Source of the DNA: Macrostomum lignano
Lineage: Eukaryota
DNA length: 64,000 bases
Assembly (NCBI GenBank): GCA_002269645.1
Contig: NIVC01000164.1
Coordinates: 186,001-250,000 of the forward strand
Direction: 5' to 3'
Shown here: positions 22,266 through 35,814 of the stretch, piece by piece
Numbering within the stretch: the first letter of the stretch is position 1
How the letters are laid out: each line of letters starts with the position of its first letter
The notes under the pieces: model-generated
The model's input: only the letters and a program-made list of their open reading frames with translations
What the model was told of the DNA's origin: nothing
The model's database searches: none
Program-made: the position numbers and the translations under genes

Positions 22266-25229
22266 TATTGGTAGATTCTTAGAAACAGATTCTGCAATGT
22301 GGATTAGCAATTTTATAAATGGTTCTAAAGTTTTTTAAGTGTAGGCCTAGGCCTACTCTACTCATACTTTAAGACACCATGCTTATTGTTACCAGTGACA
22401 CCAGGCCTACTAGTAACTAGGTGGCTAGGCCTAATTGCTTGCTACCAGGATTTAAATAAAAAAATTTTGCCCCTTTCTTATTGGCCGCCCCGAAGGGGGG
22501 CACTAGATTGCTAGTTTGACAACTAGGCCCTATCTTTGTAGGTTGTAACTCTGCCATTGTCTGGTCCCGACTCCCAAGCCTAAAATGTGAAAGGAGGCTG
22601 AGGGCGACTATGTGTAGATACATAACATGTGATGTGGCCGCAGCCTACTGCTGTAGGCATAGGGCCACAGTCACATCTTTTAATTTTTACAAAGGTGAAG
22701 TGTTTGTCATAGAAGGAAGCAACTTATCGTAGGCCTATCTTGATATTGATTGATTGTGATTCATTGATATCAATCGTATTAAATCTTAGGCCTAACTACA
22801 CTAATAGTTACACTCACTTATAAGATTGGTTAGGGCCTTCATTACCAGCAAAACCGGACGATGATCGAGTTAATAGATTGCTTCTCTGACATGGTGAGCT
22901 GGTCTGGTCACTAGGCCTACTTAAGACTGAGAGAGATCAGAGATCAGATCGTAAGTTTCGACGAGATGGTTTTAAGAGAGAGTTCAAATCAGTCACTTGT
23001 TTGAGCGCTTTTAAATCATAATTTTTCTAATATATTATCAAAACATAGAAAACTAGCCAAAAAAATTTTGGAGCTTCATGTTTTTATTAAAAAAAGAGTT
23101 GAACACTTTTTTCATGCTTTCTTTAAGTAGATAGGCCTATCGATCAAAAGGATTTTAAAATGCATATTTTCTTCGAAAGACCCAAGAGCACAGAAATTAC
23201 TGAAAGTGAAAAATACAAGTAAAGGCGTCAGGCGCGTCTGGCGTCTCTCAAGGCAACTAATACAAAGTTTATTTATGTTATTTTTAAACGCTTCATGGCT
23301 ACTTATTAGGGCCTATTGATCAGTTTAATAGCGATATTTAGTAAGTGGTATTTTGCGATTCTGCAGTAACCAACTGAATATACTGTATAATATTATTAGC
23401 CTGCCTGCACTACAGTACAGTCTTACCTAGCGCCTAGTAGTGAGATGACTGTCTAAACATGACATTAGATATGTAAATTCTTGCCTTGGGGTAACAGTAA
23501 CCTCTGCTAAAATTCTAATGTTATAAGTCCTATTCATAAACCAATGTGGGTATATATTATATTAAATCACATCAAGGTTAGGGTAGGCTCATCTACTCAC
23601 ACTCATACTCATAGTAGGCTTTCTTTATAATACAATATTCCTAAGTTACTTTATCTTCCTTTTTATATAAAGAAAATTTAAGTTTCAGTAGAAATATTAA
23701 AATTTAGGCCAGTTCAATAAACAAAATTGATTTTTTAGGAAAAATAAGAAAAGCAAAGGTTTAACTTCCTATTTTAGTTATATAGATTCAGAAGTTATTG
23801 ATACCATTTTCTTTCCTTATTTTAACTCCATAGGCCTATTAATTGCCAAAAACAATTATGTAAAAAGAAAGATAAAGTAACTTAACTTACTAATATGAAA
23901 CTGAAAGTTTGCATAAATAAGAAATTATATTTATAGAATAAAGTCAAGGAAAGATAAGATTTTGTCTAGGAATATAAAAATACAACTGCAAATTCTTATC
24001 AATAATATGTTTTTGACAATTTTTTTGGTTTTAAATCTATAGAGTTTATTTTTATATATAATATGATATTGTTAGATTGCTAGATTTTTTGCTTACTTTT
24101 TGGTAATAGCATTTTGGTGTCTTTATTTGCTTATTGGTGCTAGATGGAGATCTAAAAAACTTTTAACAAGGGGCACAGATTACTAGAATATACAATATAC
24201 ATTTTACTATTTTATATGTAAATGATAATATATATATCTCTACATATAAAAATCAAAACTGTCTATCTGTGTGTGTACAATTTTTATCGCTGACTCCCAA
24301 ACCACTCAACCAAATTACACCAAATTTTGCACCTATCCTAAACTCACTATGGAGAATGTCTTAGGCTACCTTTACATTTCCTAAATTTGAGTCTTCCTAC
24401 CTAAAAGTGCAAAAAAACTGCTCAAAATGCACAATTTTTTCACTAAATCCTCCATAGTGCCACTCCACTTCTACCAATCCTGTTCAAATTCAACACAACC
24501 AATCTTCAACTATTTTGACACAATCGAGGCTCAAAGTCAATCCCAAATGGTGCTGTGCCCTTTTTCAAGTTAGTCTGCTTTTTGTCAGCAAGACAGCCAC
24601 CCCAACCTCCACCTGCCTGCCATTGACTTGAAACTTGACACAATTCTTCTTTAACTTATTAACTCTCTAAATATAAAGTCTCAAACTCAAAATAAAAAAT
24701 CCTCCTGTAACTCAGGAGGAACTCTGTAACTCTGTAACTCAATCAGAACAGAAACTGTAAGCATGTGAAGTTTGTCTGCTTTTTCTATTGTTTTGTGCCA
24801 CTCACTCACTTTGTTTATGGCCTTCTCTGCTCCCCCATGGAGAGGCTACGTTTATCCATCCATAACTTTAGTGAGAAATTCTAACCACTGTCCTCTGTAT
24901 AGGCAAACTCTGCAGCAGTTTAACAGTGGATGGCAAATCAGGTAATCCAGCATGGTTTGTAAAAGCGAAAGATTTATGAGAAGGCGATGCAATGCAATTC
25001 AACCCTACTAAATTAGTCACACCATGAACTTTTTAAGTTTCTCTTAAAGGTACTTTTAAATTTAAATGGCCTCCTAAGAAATGCGTATTTCCTTGGTTGT
25101 TAGACTGATGCAGACTGTAGTGGAGCTGAGGATACACAAATTCCTTTCAGGACTGCAAATTGGCAAGAAAGATGACATGATCAAAGCATGAGAACAACGA
25201 TGAGAGTAACTCAAGTAAAATTGAGTTAA

Positions 25230-25778
25230 GAGGAGAGAGAAGAAAGTAGAGATGAGAGAGCAGAAAGCTGCAGATGAGAGGAGACAGGAGACAGGCGAGA
25301 GGAAAGAGATGAGAGAGTAAAGGAAAGAGAGAAGAGATAAGATTGTAGAGATAAGAGAGGTGTAAGGAGAGATAAGAAATGAGAGATAAGAGATAAAGGA
25401 GGAGAGAGGAGAGTGGAGAGAGAAGAGAGGAGACAAGAGAGGGAGGTAGTATAGAAGAAGGAAGAGAAGAGAAGAGAAGAAAGGAGAAAGGAATGCGAGG
25501 AGTCAAAAAAGGGGAAAGAAAAGTGTACAGAGGAGAGAGGTGAGAGAACAAATAAGATGACACTAAAGATGACAAATAAAAGAGGGGAATGAGAGAGCAG
25601 AGACGAAAGTGAACAGACGAGAGATGGGAGAGGAGAGATAAGAGAGAAGAGATTACAGAGACGAGAGGAGATAGGAGAGACACAGGGAGAGAGAAGTGAG
25701 TGAGGAGAGAGGAGAGGAAAGGGGAGAATGGAGAGGTGAAGGGGAGAGTAGAGGGGAGAAGAAAGATGGGAGAGGAGA

Positions 25779-25847
<69 letters not shown>

Positions 25848-26220
25848 AGAGAGAAATGAGAAGAGACAAGAGAGAAAAGATAAAGAAGAGAAAGGAGATG
25901 AGATAGCAAAGAGAGAGACGAGAGAAGAGGGGAGAGAGGAGAGAAGAGACGAGATAAGAGGAGAGAGAGTAAAGAGTGGAAAGGAGAGAGTTGAGAGAAG
26001 AGGGAAGTGTTGAGAGAGGGGAGAGTGAGGAATAAGAAGAGGGGAGAGAGAAGAGAGAGTAGAGAGCAGAGAGAAATGAGAAGAGATAAAAGAGGAGAAA
26101 GGAGAGACGAGAGAGAAGAGAGGATAGAGAAAAGAATAGAGGGGAGAAGGAAGATACGAGAGGAGAGAGAAAAGAGAGGAAAGACGAGGGACGAGAGAGA
26201 AGAGAGGAAACAGAAGAGAA
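25230..26220. repeat. GA-rich low-complexity tract with (GA)n core
   Basis: Near-pure purine strand for ~1 kb. Confidence 0.9.
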
Positions 26221-26807
26221 GATATAAGTTTCAAAGGATCCAAGGGACGTAGGGAAAGTCAAAGGCAGAGGCCAGAGTTTTCCAATACATGTTTTAGAGT
26301 CAGACAGACATTCTGCGCGGCACCCAGCCAACAATATCAAATGCTTGCCTCAAATCCTAATTTTACACGATTGTACTCCATTTTATGTTTACCTCTATCC
26401 TACTAACTATTAAAAAGTTTTTGTTTAAGTTAAAAACCAATTCCTTCTTCAGTTTTATAAATCATCTTATTCGAGTAAAATTGTCACAGACAAAGATGTT
26501 TGCAATGAATCTCTTTCCTTTTTTCTAAAATTAACAGAAAGACAACAAGATATAGTTTTCACAAAGATAACAGACATTCCCCCTAAATTGAAAACATCCC
26601 CAAGACAGCAAGCACCCTCAGATAGCAAGCATCCCCTAGATAGCAAGCATCTTCCAGATAGCAAGCATCCCCCAAATAGCAAAAATCTACCAGACAGCAA
26701 GTACCTAGTGCAATAATCATTTCCTCATCTAGTGCAAAATTCCTTTACTCATCAAGTGAAAAATCGATGTCTCAGTAGTGCATTAGTCCATTTCTAGGCT
26801 AGTAGCA

Positions 26808-27110
26808 TAATCCTTGGTTTATCAAGTGCAGTAATCCTTGGTTTATCAAGTGCAGTAATCCTTGGTTTATCAAGTGCAGTAATCCTTGGTTTATCAAGTG
26901 CAGTAATCCTTGGCTTATCAAGTGCAGTAATCCTTAGCTTATCAAGTGCAGTAATTCTTGGTTTATCAAGTGCAATAATCCTTGGTTTATCAAGTGCAGT
27001 AATCCTTGGTTTATCAAGTGCAGTAATCCTTGGTTTATCAAGTGCAGTAATCCTTGGTTTATCAAGGACAGTAATCCTTGGTTTATCAAGTGCAATAATC
27101 CTTGGTTTAT
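26808..27110 (+). repeat. 24-bp minisatellite
   Basis: tcaagtgcagtaatccttggttta, ~12 copies. Confidence 0.92.
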
Positions 27111-27253
27111 AGGTCAAGTTAAGTTTATGGCTTATATATTGTCTAACATATTTTGTTTTTACTTTATCTTTTATAAATATAGCAAATATGTTGTATAAGC
27201 ATATTTTATTATTTTGAATTGCAGCCCAAATTAAATCTAGACTTTCTAGTATT

Positions 27254-27374
27254 ATGCAGACAATGTCAGCATTGAATGGTTTTGCTTTCAAGTCTTTCTC
27301 TGTGCTTTGTCATCGATACAAACTTTTACCTTGGTCCAATTTGAGCATCGCTCATCTTTGCCAGTCATCTAAAA
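27254..27374 (+). CDS. FAM162: FAM162-like (DUF1075) protein, exon 1 (mitochondrial presequence-like)
   Basis: ATG 27254, MQTMSALNGFAFKSFSVLCHRYKLLPW...; donor A|gtaagt phase 1 joins exon 2 in frame. Confidence 0.65.
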
Positions 27375-27409
27375 GTAAGTAAAACCAATTTACTTATATA
27401 ATTGACATC

Positions 27410-27870
27410 TTTTTGATGGAGTCCCACTACACCCTCCCCATTCCTTTGATGGAGTCCTGCTACACCCTCCCCATTCCTTTGATGGAGTCCTGCTACACCC
27501 CATTCCTTTGATGGAGTCCTGCCACACCCATTCCTTTGATGGAGTCCTGCTACACCCTTCCCATTCCTTTGATGGAGTCCTGCTACACCCCATTCCTTTG
27601 ATGGAGTCCTGCTACACCCTTCCCATTCCTTTGATGGAGTCCTGCCACACCCATTCCTTTGATGGAGTCCTGCCACACCCATTCCTTTGATGGAGTCCTG
27701 CTACACCCTTCCCATTCCTTTGATGGAGTCCTGCCACACCCCATTCCTTTGATGGAGTCCTGCCACACCCCATTCCTTTGATGGAGTCCTGCCACACCCC
27801 ATTCCTTTGATGGAGTCCTGCCACACCCCATTCCTTTGATGGAGTCCCACTACACCCTCCCCATTCCTTT
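27410..27870 (+). repeat. ~29-bp minisatellite filling the FAM162-like intron
   Basis: ccattcctttgatggagtcctgccacac units. Confidence 0.9.
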
Positions 27871-27947
27871 GTCTGGGTACCACTACCCTCTTCATTTATA
27901 AAAAAAGCTATACTTCTCAAACCCTCCACTTGTATCCCCGGGCTCAG

Positions 27948-28228
27948 GTGCAAGCAACACCGGCACAGGCATTGCAATGAAACCAACGGAATGGCAGAAG
28001 CGAATCCTAATTCTGGCTAAGAAATACCCCAATGTGGAATCGGTGCCAGCTTCCATTGACTTCGAGTCGGTGTACAAGCCGGCTTGGCTGCATGCTCGAA
28101 GGAAATTTAGAATCTATCTGTTCGTCCTAGTGGTAGGCATTGGTCACGTGATTGTGATTGCGCAATTCCTGCGGCATAGAGGCAACTATTGGAAAGAAGT
28201 GCAGGCCAGGAGCGAGCAGGACTTTTAA
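27948..28228 (+). CDS. FAM162: FAM162-like protein, exon 2
   Basis: ctcag| acceptor; KPTEWQKRILILAKKY...VP..I, then a hydrophobic TM segment; matches the FAM162 KPT.WQK.IL motif. Confidence 0.8.
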
Positions 28229-29129
28229 AAAAAATTTTGCAACCAATGAAAATTGCTTGTAAAGTATTGAATTTAACTGTAATAGTGTTAGAACTGGATA
28301 AATACATATATATATTCACGTTTTGTTTTAATTGCAAGCGTCATTGTTTTGTTTTATTTTAATTCAATTAAGTTCGAATTATTAGCAGTTGTTTTCATTT
28401 TAACTGTTTCGCCTGCGTAACTGAATTTTGTGAATTACAATAGTCAATGGACTTTCGTATATACAATAAATAGAAAATAAGTTTAAAGGCGCGCCTTATC
28501 TTTAGTGCTCCTTATTCAGTTATTAACTAGGTTTCAGTGAATGTTTTATCATGTAAATCTTATCAGCGGCCAAATTTTTATAGTCCCACAGGGTGAGATT
28601 TTAAGAAATTGAATTGTCCTGACTAGCCTACTTATTTGGGCGATAGCAGTAGGGTGTAGTAGATTTGTTTTTCAAAGTCTACCATAAATAAATCCGAATT
28701 CTCAGCGTTAGAATTCAATCGATTAATTCAACAGGACGTCGATTGTAAAAATTAGATAATCCTGATCCGCCAAAGCTGATTGTTTGTCACGGAATTGTGG
28801 ATTTAGTTTCGAACGTCAAACCTTAGGAAAACCGCTCTCAAATGTGAGATCCTTGGTGTTAGATGTTTAAAGGCTACACAGGCCTCCTCTGGTTTTGAGA
28901 TTTCGGAACAACAATAGCAGTCCTATAGTTGAAGATTTATGCATCAAGCGCTTCACAAATGAACGAGATTTTCACTATAATTTAAGCAAAAATGCTAAAA
29001 GAAATCTATTTATGAATTCTGAATCTGAAACTAAATTTATTGCAGGTAGGAGCTGTGAACCATTGCGAAATTTTTTTCAAAAATCATAGAAACATACCGT
29101 AAAACAGCGATAAACATTGAAACAAGAAA

Positions 29130-29390
29130 ATGCTTCGATATTCGTCGCCAAAATCGGCGGCGCTGTTGTTGAAGCGAGTCGCTGCGGCGCCTCTCCTGAT
29201 GCACGGCAGTGTTGGCAGTGGCGCCAATCTGGCGCGCTGCTTGGCCAGCAGCGGCGGCGCCGGGGCCGGCGGTAACGGCGCCTACAAAGCCGTCGTATTC
29301 GACATGGGCGGCGTCCTCATCCCGGGACCGGCCGTGGTGTTCCGCGAATTCGAAAGCCGAAATCGATTGGCTGAGGGCGAGCTACTGCGG
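29130..29390 (+). CDS. ACAD10: ACAD10 exon 1 (presequence + HAD motif I)
   Basis: YKAVVFDMGGVLIP; donor |gtgagg. Gene model 29130-54256 has HAD + APH-kinase-like + acyl-CoA dehydrogenase domains. Confidence 0.92.
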
Positions 29391-29404
29391 GTGAGGGCTA
29401 AGGG

Positions 29405-29850
29405 ATTGATTGATTTATTGACTGATTGATTGGTTCTTTGGATGATTGAGTAATTGATTGACTGATTAATTGATTGGTTATTGATTGATTGGTGGTTGAT
29501 TGCTTGATTGATTGACTGGTTGATTGCTTGCTTCCTTGATTTATTGATTGGTGATTGATTGCTTGATTGATTGGTGATTGATTGCTTGATTGATTAATTG
29601 ATTAATTGACTTTTTGATTGACTGGTTGATTGACTGGTTGCTTGCTTGCTTCCTTGATTGATTGATTGGTGATTGATTGCTTGATTGATTGATTGGTGAT
29701 TGATTGATTGGTTCTTTGGTTGATTTGGTTGATTGAGTAGCTGACTCACTAATTGATTGATTGACTGGCTTGAGCCTACTCATCGCCAAGCGTGTAGCAC
29801 TACCAGATTAATTTATTGACTGATTGATTGGTTATTTGATTGATTGCATG
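29405..29850. repeat. (GATT)n-type microsatellite, ACAD10 intron 1
   Basis: Degenerate gatt/gact/ggtt array starting 15 nt after the donor. Confidence 0.85.
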
Positions 29851-30296
29851 TCTGCAAAATCTATTACCCATCTACCTGTATATCTTTCATCTGACTTGTC
29901 ATGTCATGAGCCTGACCTGTCCATGCTTGTCAAGTGATATCATGTCCAACCACCCACGCATGCCTTGTCCACCTAATGCAGGGGTCGGCAAACTTTTTTA
30001 CCTCACAGGGCCAGATAAAGAATCCAGCTTATGGCTGCGGGCCAGGTGAGAGAAAATGGAGAGGGAAAAATGAGGGAGAGGAGAGAATAGGGGAGGAAAG
30101 GGAAGAGAAGAGACAAAAACCTTGAGCGGGCCGGATTGCTATTGTGAAGTTTCAAGGAACCCAATGAAAACCCTTAAATTTATATACTAGTCCATCTGCT
30201 AGTCCATCCACCCGGTTGCTTACCTGACCATCTGTTATCTACCTATCCATCTACCTGTCCACCAACCTGTCCACCCACCCGGCACTGGACCGCCAG

Positions 30297-30587
30297 ACGA
30301 TCCTCAGCGGCGGGGACAGCGGCGCCTGGCACAGATTGGAAACCGGCCAATTGCCACTAGAAGAATTTTCTGTCGCTTTCTCCCGGGAAATCGCCAACCG
30401 CGCCGGTCGGCCAATCGACGCCGCCGGCATGCTGGAGGCCATGGACCTGGCCGAGCCTCTGCCGGAGATGCTGGACGCTGTGCGGGCCTGCCGTAGCAGC
30501 GGCTTTCGAACCGCCCTGCTGACTAACAATTGGATGAATCGGGAGGGCGCGTCGTTGATGCCGCTGGATGCCAGGCTGTTCGATGTG
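30297..30587 (+). CDS. ACAD10: ACAD10 exon 2 (HAD)
   Basis: ccgccag|; GFRTALLTNNW...RLFDV; |gtgagg. Confidence 0.92.
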
Positions 30588-31559
30588 GTGAGGAGGGGGG
30601 GCATTAATTTAGGGCTAAATTGGAATCTCGGCTTGGCTCTGCTCGTGCAATTAGCGGCCTTGAGGGCCAATCCCCAAGGCACAGTGAAGTGTACATGCCT
30701 AACGATCAATAAATTTTGGGCCTCTGTACACTCCTGTGAGTGTGTGCCTGCTCACGGGAGTCGGTGGAATGGGCAGTAATGCCTCTCGCCGGTTGTGTGA
30801 CAATTCCGCTTAAAGTGATCCAGGGTAAACACAGCCCCTGACTGTAACTAGAAAATTGATTGGTTGATTAATGAACTATTTTTTAGTTAATTGGTTGATC
30901 AGTTTACATAATTGAATTTTTTGATTAAGTGATATTTTAATTACAGATAAGATTGGTAGATTTAATTGCTTTATTAACAGTTTTCAATTGTTATATTTGG
31001 TTAAGTTAGTATGCGTCAGATGAAGACTGACGTTAGTTGTCTAATAATAATAGAATCACAGTCAGGTAGCTTTATGAAATCCTTTGCTACTTTTCTGTGA
31101 GTTTTGCTACTCCTGCCAATAAGGTTTCAATCCCTTTTTCCTATTCTCCAAAGTTCATGTTGTACCTACGCGATGGAACTAGCTGGCTCCGTATGGCGTG
31201 ACTTCCTAGCAGCGTTCAAGTATACGAACGCCAGGTGGAAATTTTTTTATAATTATGGCCGAATTATAATTTCTAATTATAGCATTTCACCCCTGAAAAA
31301 AGCTTTGTTACGGAAATGAAATCTGAATAAAATCTACTGATTGAATGGGAAATCCTTCAAATGCAAAGAAATATGGACTGGTTAGGGAGATCAGGAAAGA
31401 AGGAATACGTCACTGCCAAACCTTGCTTCAGTTTCATAGGGCATTTAGTTTGAAGCTGATTTAAAAAGTAATTATGAAAATACTTGCAAAATTAAATGAC
31501 GGTGAAAATTAAGTTCGTGATTTATAGTTTTGTAAATTAAGCTTTGTATCATTTCATGA

Positions 31560-32170
31560 TTAGTGTAATTTGAAAATTGTGTAATTTGGGGTTCGTGTAG
31601 TTTGTGGTTTGTGTAATTTGGGATTTTTGTGATTTAGCATTTGTGTAATTTGGGGTTTGTGTAATTTGGAATTCGTGTAATTTAAGGTTTGTGTAATTTG
31701 TGATTTTTGTGATTAGGCATTTGTGTTTTTGCAATTTGTATAATTTGGGGTTTGTGTAATTTGGAATTTGTGCAATTTGGAATTTGTGTAATTTAAAGTT
31801 TGTGTAATTTGGGATTTGTGTAATTTGGGGTTTGTGTAATTTGGAATTTGTGCAATTTGGAATTTGTGTAATTTAAAGTTTGTATAATTTGGGATTTGTG
31901 TAATTTGGGGTTTGTGTAATTTGGAATTTGTGCAATTTGGAATTTGTGTAATTTAAAGTTTGTGTAATTTGGGGTTTGTGTAATTTGGAATTCGTGTAAT
32001 TTAAGGTTTGTGTAATTTGTGATTTTTGTGATTAGGCATTTGTGTTTTTGCGATTTGTGTAATTTGAGGTTTGTGTAATTTGGAATTTGTGCAGTTTGAG
32101 ATTTGTGTAATTTGGAATTTTTGTAATTTGTAATTTGTGTAATTTACGGTTTGTAATTTGGGCTTAGCGT
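31560..32170 (+). repeat. Degenerate tgtgtaattt repeat
   Basis: Recurring ttgtgtaatttgg units. Confidence 0.8.
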
Positions 32171-32574
32171 AATTTGATATTTTTCTTATTTGAATCTTTA
32201 AAACCACCTGCAAATTTAGCAGTACTACTTGACCTGATGAAGAGCAGGTACAGAGGACAGGGAGAAAAGTCGAAAGCGCGTATTTCCAATGACCTTCATT
32301 TATAGCGTCACGTGGTTTTAATCAGTTCTTTTTCTTGCTGACGTCCAGCTTGTAGCCTCCGTGATTAGTTATAGTTATTAATTATCCATAAATCGTCCTG
32401 CAATTTGTTCTCTTATCTCCGTTCGCGTTGGACCCTTGTTATCTTTACCTTGGGCATCGACTTTGACTTCTGTAGGGCATAATTGCATGTTTTATTTAGC
32501 ACTTCTCATTTAGCCCAGGCTGAATTGGCCTGCGTGTAACACAGAAATCCAGGTAGATAAATATTTCCATTCCT

Positions 32575-32860
32575 ATTACCAGCACCTGCCTTACCCTCTT
32601 GTCGCCAGCACCCACCTTTCCCTCTTATCACCAGCACCCGCCTTGCCTTCTTATTACCAGCACCCGCCTTACCCTCTTATCACCAGCACCCGCCTTGCCC
32701 TCTTATCACCAGCACCCGCCTTACCCTCTTATCACCAGCACCCGCCTTGCCCTCTTATCACCAGCACCCGCCTTGCCTTCTTATCACTAGCACCCACCTT
32801 GCCCTCTTGTCACCAGCACCCGCCTTGCCCTCTTATCACAAACACCCGCCTGGCCGTCAT
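32575..32860 (+). repeat. ~28-bp minisatellite
   Basis: tcaccagcacccgccttgccctcttat units. Confidence 0.8.
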
Positions 32861-33129
32861 CACCAGCTGTCCCCGTCTCCTAAAGCATGACTAACAGGGT
32901 AATTAAAATAATTTGGGCAACAAATTTGGTAGGCGGATATAATTGTACTAAATAGTCTGGCTCGGCTTTTGCGCCAATTAAACTGCCGGCTGGCACGCGC
33001 AGGCTATAAATAAAGTTGATTGGCCGAGCCTATTGCGTAGTTTTTTGCGTGTCAGAGCTGCTAAAGATAAAGGCGACAATTAGTTAGGAAAAAATAGGCA
33101 CCACTGTTGACGTACAGAATGGTAAAGAA

Positions 33130-33895
33130 AATCAGGGATAGGACAGTGAGATAGAAGACAGGCGGAGAGAGGGATGGACACAATCACGGATAGAACAGTG
33201 AGATAGAAGACAGGCGGAGAGAGGGATGGACACAATCAGGGATAGAACAGTGAGATAGAAGACAGGCGGGGAGAGGGATAGACACAATCAGGGATAGAAC
33301 AGTGAGATAGAAGACAGGCGGGGAGAGGGATAGACACAATCAGGGATAGAACAGTGAGATAGAAGACAGGCGGGGAGAGGGATAGACACAATCAGGGATA
33401 GAACAGTGAGATAGAAGACAGGCGGAGAGAGGGATGGACACAATCAGGGATAGAACAGTGAGATAGAAGACAGGCGGGGAGAGGGATAGACACAATCACG
33501 GATAGAACAGTGAGATAGAAGACAGGCGGAGAGAGGGATAGACACATTCAGGGATAGAACAGTGAGATAGAAGACAGGCGGAGAGAGGGATAGACACATT
33601 CAGGGATAGAACAGTGAGATAGAAGACAGGCGGAGAGAGGGATGGACACAATCAGGGATAGAACAGTGAGATAGAAGACCGTCGGGGAGAGGGATAGACA
33701 CATTCATGGATAGAACAGTGAGATAGAAGACAGGCGGAGAGAGGGATAGACACATTCAGGGATAGAACAGTGAGATAGAAGACAGGCGGAGAGAGGGATG
33801 GACACAATCAGGGATAGAACAGTGAGATAGAAGACCGTCGGGGAGAGGGATAGACACATTCATGGATAGAACAGTGAGATAGAAGACAGGCGGAG
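33130..33895 (+). repeat. 52-bp minisatellite, ~14 copies
   Basis: cagggatagaacagtgagatagaagacaggcgg...gacacaat units. Confidence 0.92.
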
Positions 33896-34439
33896 TGAGA
33901 ATGCGACACACACAGATCGCCCTTGATCTCACACAGCAAGCAGAGATACTGATAGTCAGAGATACATTACGGATAGATAAATGATAGTGATAAAAAATTT
34001 CAACCTAAGCAGCCTCCGATTACTGACCGAGTGAGCAAGACCAGCTAATCCCATATATGAATAGCAACTCCCAGCTTAATGGCTTGTATGAGCGCGGGAC
34101 TTAAATGGTGCAGTTTTCGTTCCCCAGTAATCCCCCCGCGCTCACTCAGTGTTCGTTCAGCTCCCAGTCTGTCTGTCTGTACCATTTTTTAACATTCTAT
34201 CTTTCTTGAAAGCTATCGTAGATAGCTGGTATAATCATAGCCCGACTCTATTTGTGCCTGGAAAATTCTGGCAAATAGCCAATAGTGCATCCGATTCGCA
34301 TTTGTTTGAATTGGACTATTGACATTCACTCGATCGCTCTGTCACTTCATTCACAAGTATGGTTGTACGTCGCTTTTGGTTGGAAATTTGAATCAGCTTC
34401 TGTATTTCAACCATGTCTCAAAGTCCCTTTAGCACTTTT

Positions 34440-35430
34440 CTCTCATCATTCTTGCACGTTTCTCTTTTCCCTCTTGCACGTTTCTCTTTTCCCTCTTGCA
34501 CGTTTCTCTTTTCCCTCTTGCACGTTTCTCTTTTCCCTCTTGCACGTTTCTCTTTTCCCTCTTGCACGTTCTCTTTTCCCTCTTGCACGTTTCTCTTTTC
34601 CCTCTTGCACGTTCTCTTTTCCTTATTGCACGTTTCTCTTTTCCCTCTCACACGTTCTCTTTTCCCTCTTGTACGTTCTCTTTTCCTTCTTGCACGTTTC
34701 TCTTTTCCTTCTTGCACGTTTCTCTTTTCCCTCTCACACGTTCTCTTTTCCCTCTTGTACGTTCTCTTTTCCTTCTTGCACGTTTCTCTTTTTCCTCTCA
34801 CACGTTCTATTTCCCTCTTGTACGTTCTCTTTTCCTTCTTGCACGTTTCTCTTTTTCCTCTCACACGTTCTATTTCCCTCTTGTACGTTCTCTTTTCCTT
34901 CTTGCACGTTTCTCTTTTTCCTCTCACACGTTCTATTTCCCTCTTGTACGTTCTCTTTTCCTTCTTGCACGTTTCTCTTTTTCCTCTCATACGCTCTATT
35001 TCCCTCTTGTACGTTCTCTTTTCCTTCTTGCACGTTTCTCTTTTTCCTCCGTTTCTCTCATCCTTCTTGCACGTTTCTCTTTTCCTCTTGCACGTTTCGC
35101 TCATCCTTCTTGCACGTTTCTCTTTTCTCTCTTGCACGTTTCTCTTTTCCCTCTTGCACGTTTATCTCTCATCCTTCTTGCACGTTTCTCTTTTCCCTCT
35201 CACACGTTCTCTTTTCTCTCTTGCACGTTTCTCTTTTCCTTCTTGCACGTTTCTCTTTTCCCTCTCACACGTTCTCTTTTCCCTCTTGCACGTTCTCTTT
35301 TCCTTCTTGCACGTTTCTCTTTTCCTTCTTGCACGTTTCTCTTTTCCCTCTTGCACGTTCTCTTTTCCTTCTTGCACGTTCTCTTTTCCCTCTCACACGT
35401 TCTCTTTTCTCTCTTGCACGTTTCTCTTTT
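34440..35430 (+). repeat. ~22-bp pyrimidine-rich minisatellite
   Basis: ttgcacgtttctcttttccctc units. Confidence 0.9.
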
Positions 35431-35655
35431 CCCCCTTGCAGACAATTCTCTCACCCCTCTGTCTTATTCCTCCAGCATGTTTCTCTCAGCTCTCTCTCTG
35501 TCTCATGTATCTCGTATCTTTCTTACAAATTTCCTCTAACGTCTTTATCAGTGATTTATATTAATATTTCATATTTTCACTTATCAACATACATTGCTAA
35601 GTTTTGATTTCCAATCAGTAATTTAAGCAGTAATCCTGCCTTCGATTTTTCGCAG

Positions 35656-35814
35656 ATTGTTGAATCCTGCAAAGTTGGCTGCCGAAAACCGGACGAGAGA
35701 ATCTACAAAATCTTGCTAGAGCGGCTTGGCTTGCCAGCCAGCAGTGTGGTCTTCTTGGACGATATTGGCCAGAACTTGAAGGCCGCAAAAGCGCTGGGTA
35801 TTAAAACTATTAAG
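35656..35814 (+). CDS. ACAD10: ACAD10 exon 3 (HAD motifs III/IV)
   Basis: [17 protein letters not shown]...[22 protein letters not shown]. Confidence 0.92.

Noticed and set aside
24235-24420. Helitron-like 5' end (TCTACATATAAAA...ctgtctatctgtgtgt)
   Set aside because: No 3' hairpin/CTRR end could be identified; left uncalled.
25074-26340. S/L-rich and R/E-rich ORFs of up to 397 aa
   Set aside because: Stop-free by composition in a GA/CT low-complexity tract.
29978-30140. CAGGGGTCGGCAAAC hAT-like terminus
   Set aside because: No matching second TIR or TSD found.
33130-33895. Regular arrays as CRISPR-like loci (also 15450-16035, 55680-55950)
   Set aside because: No unique spacers, no cas genes, eukaryotic context.
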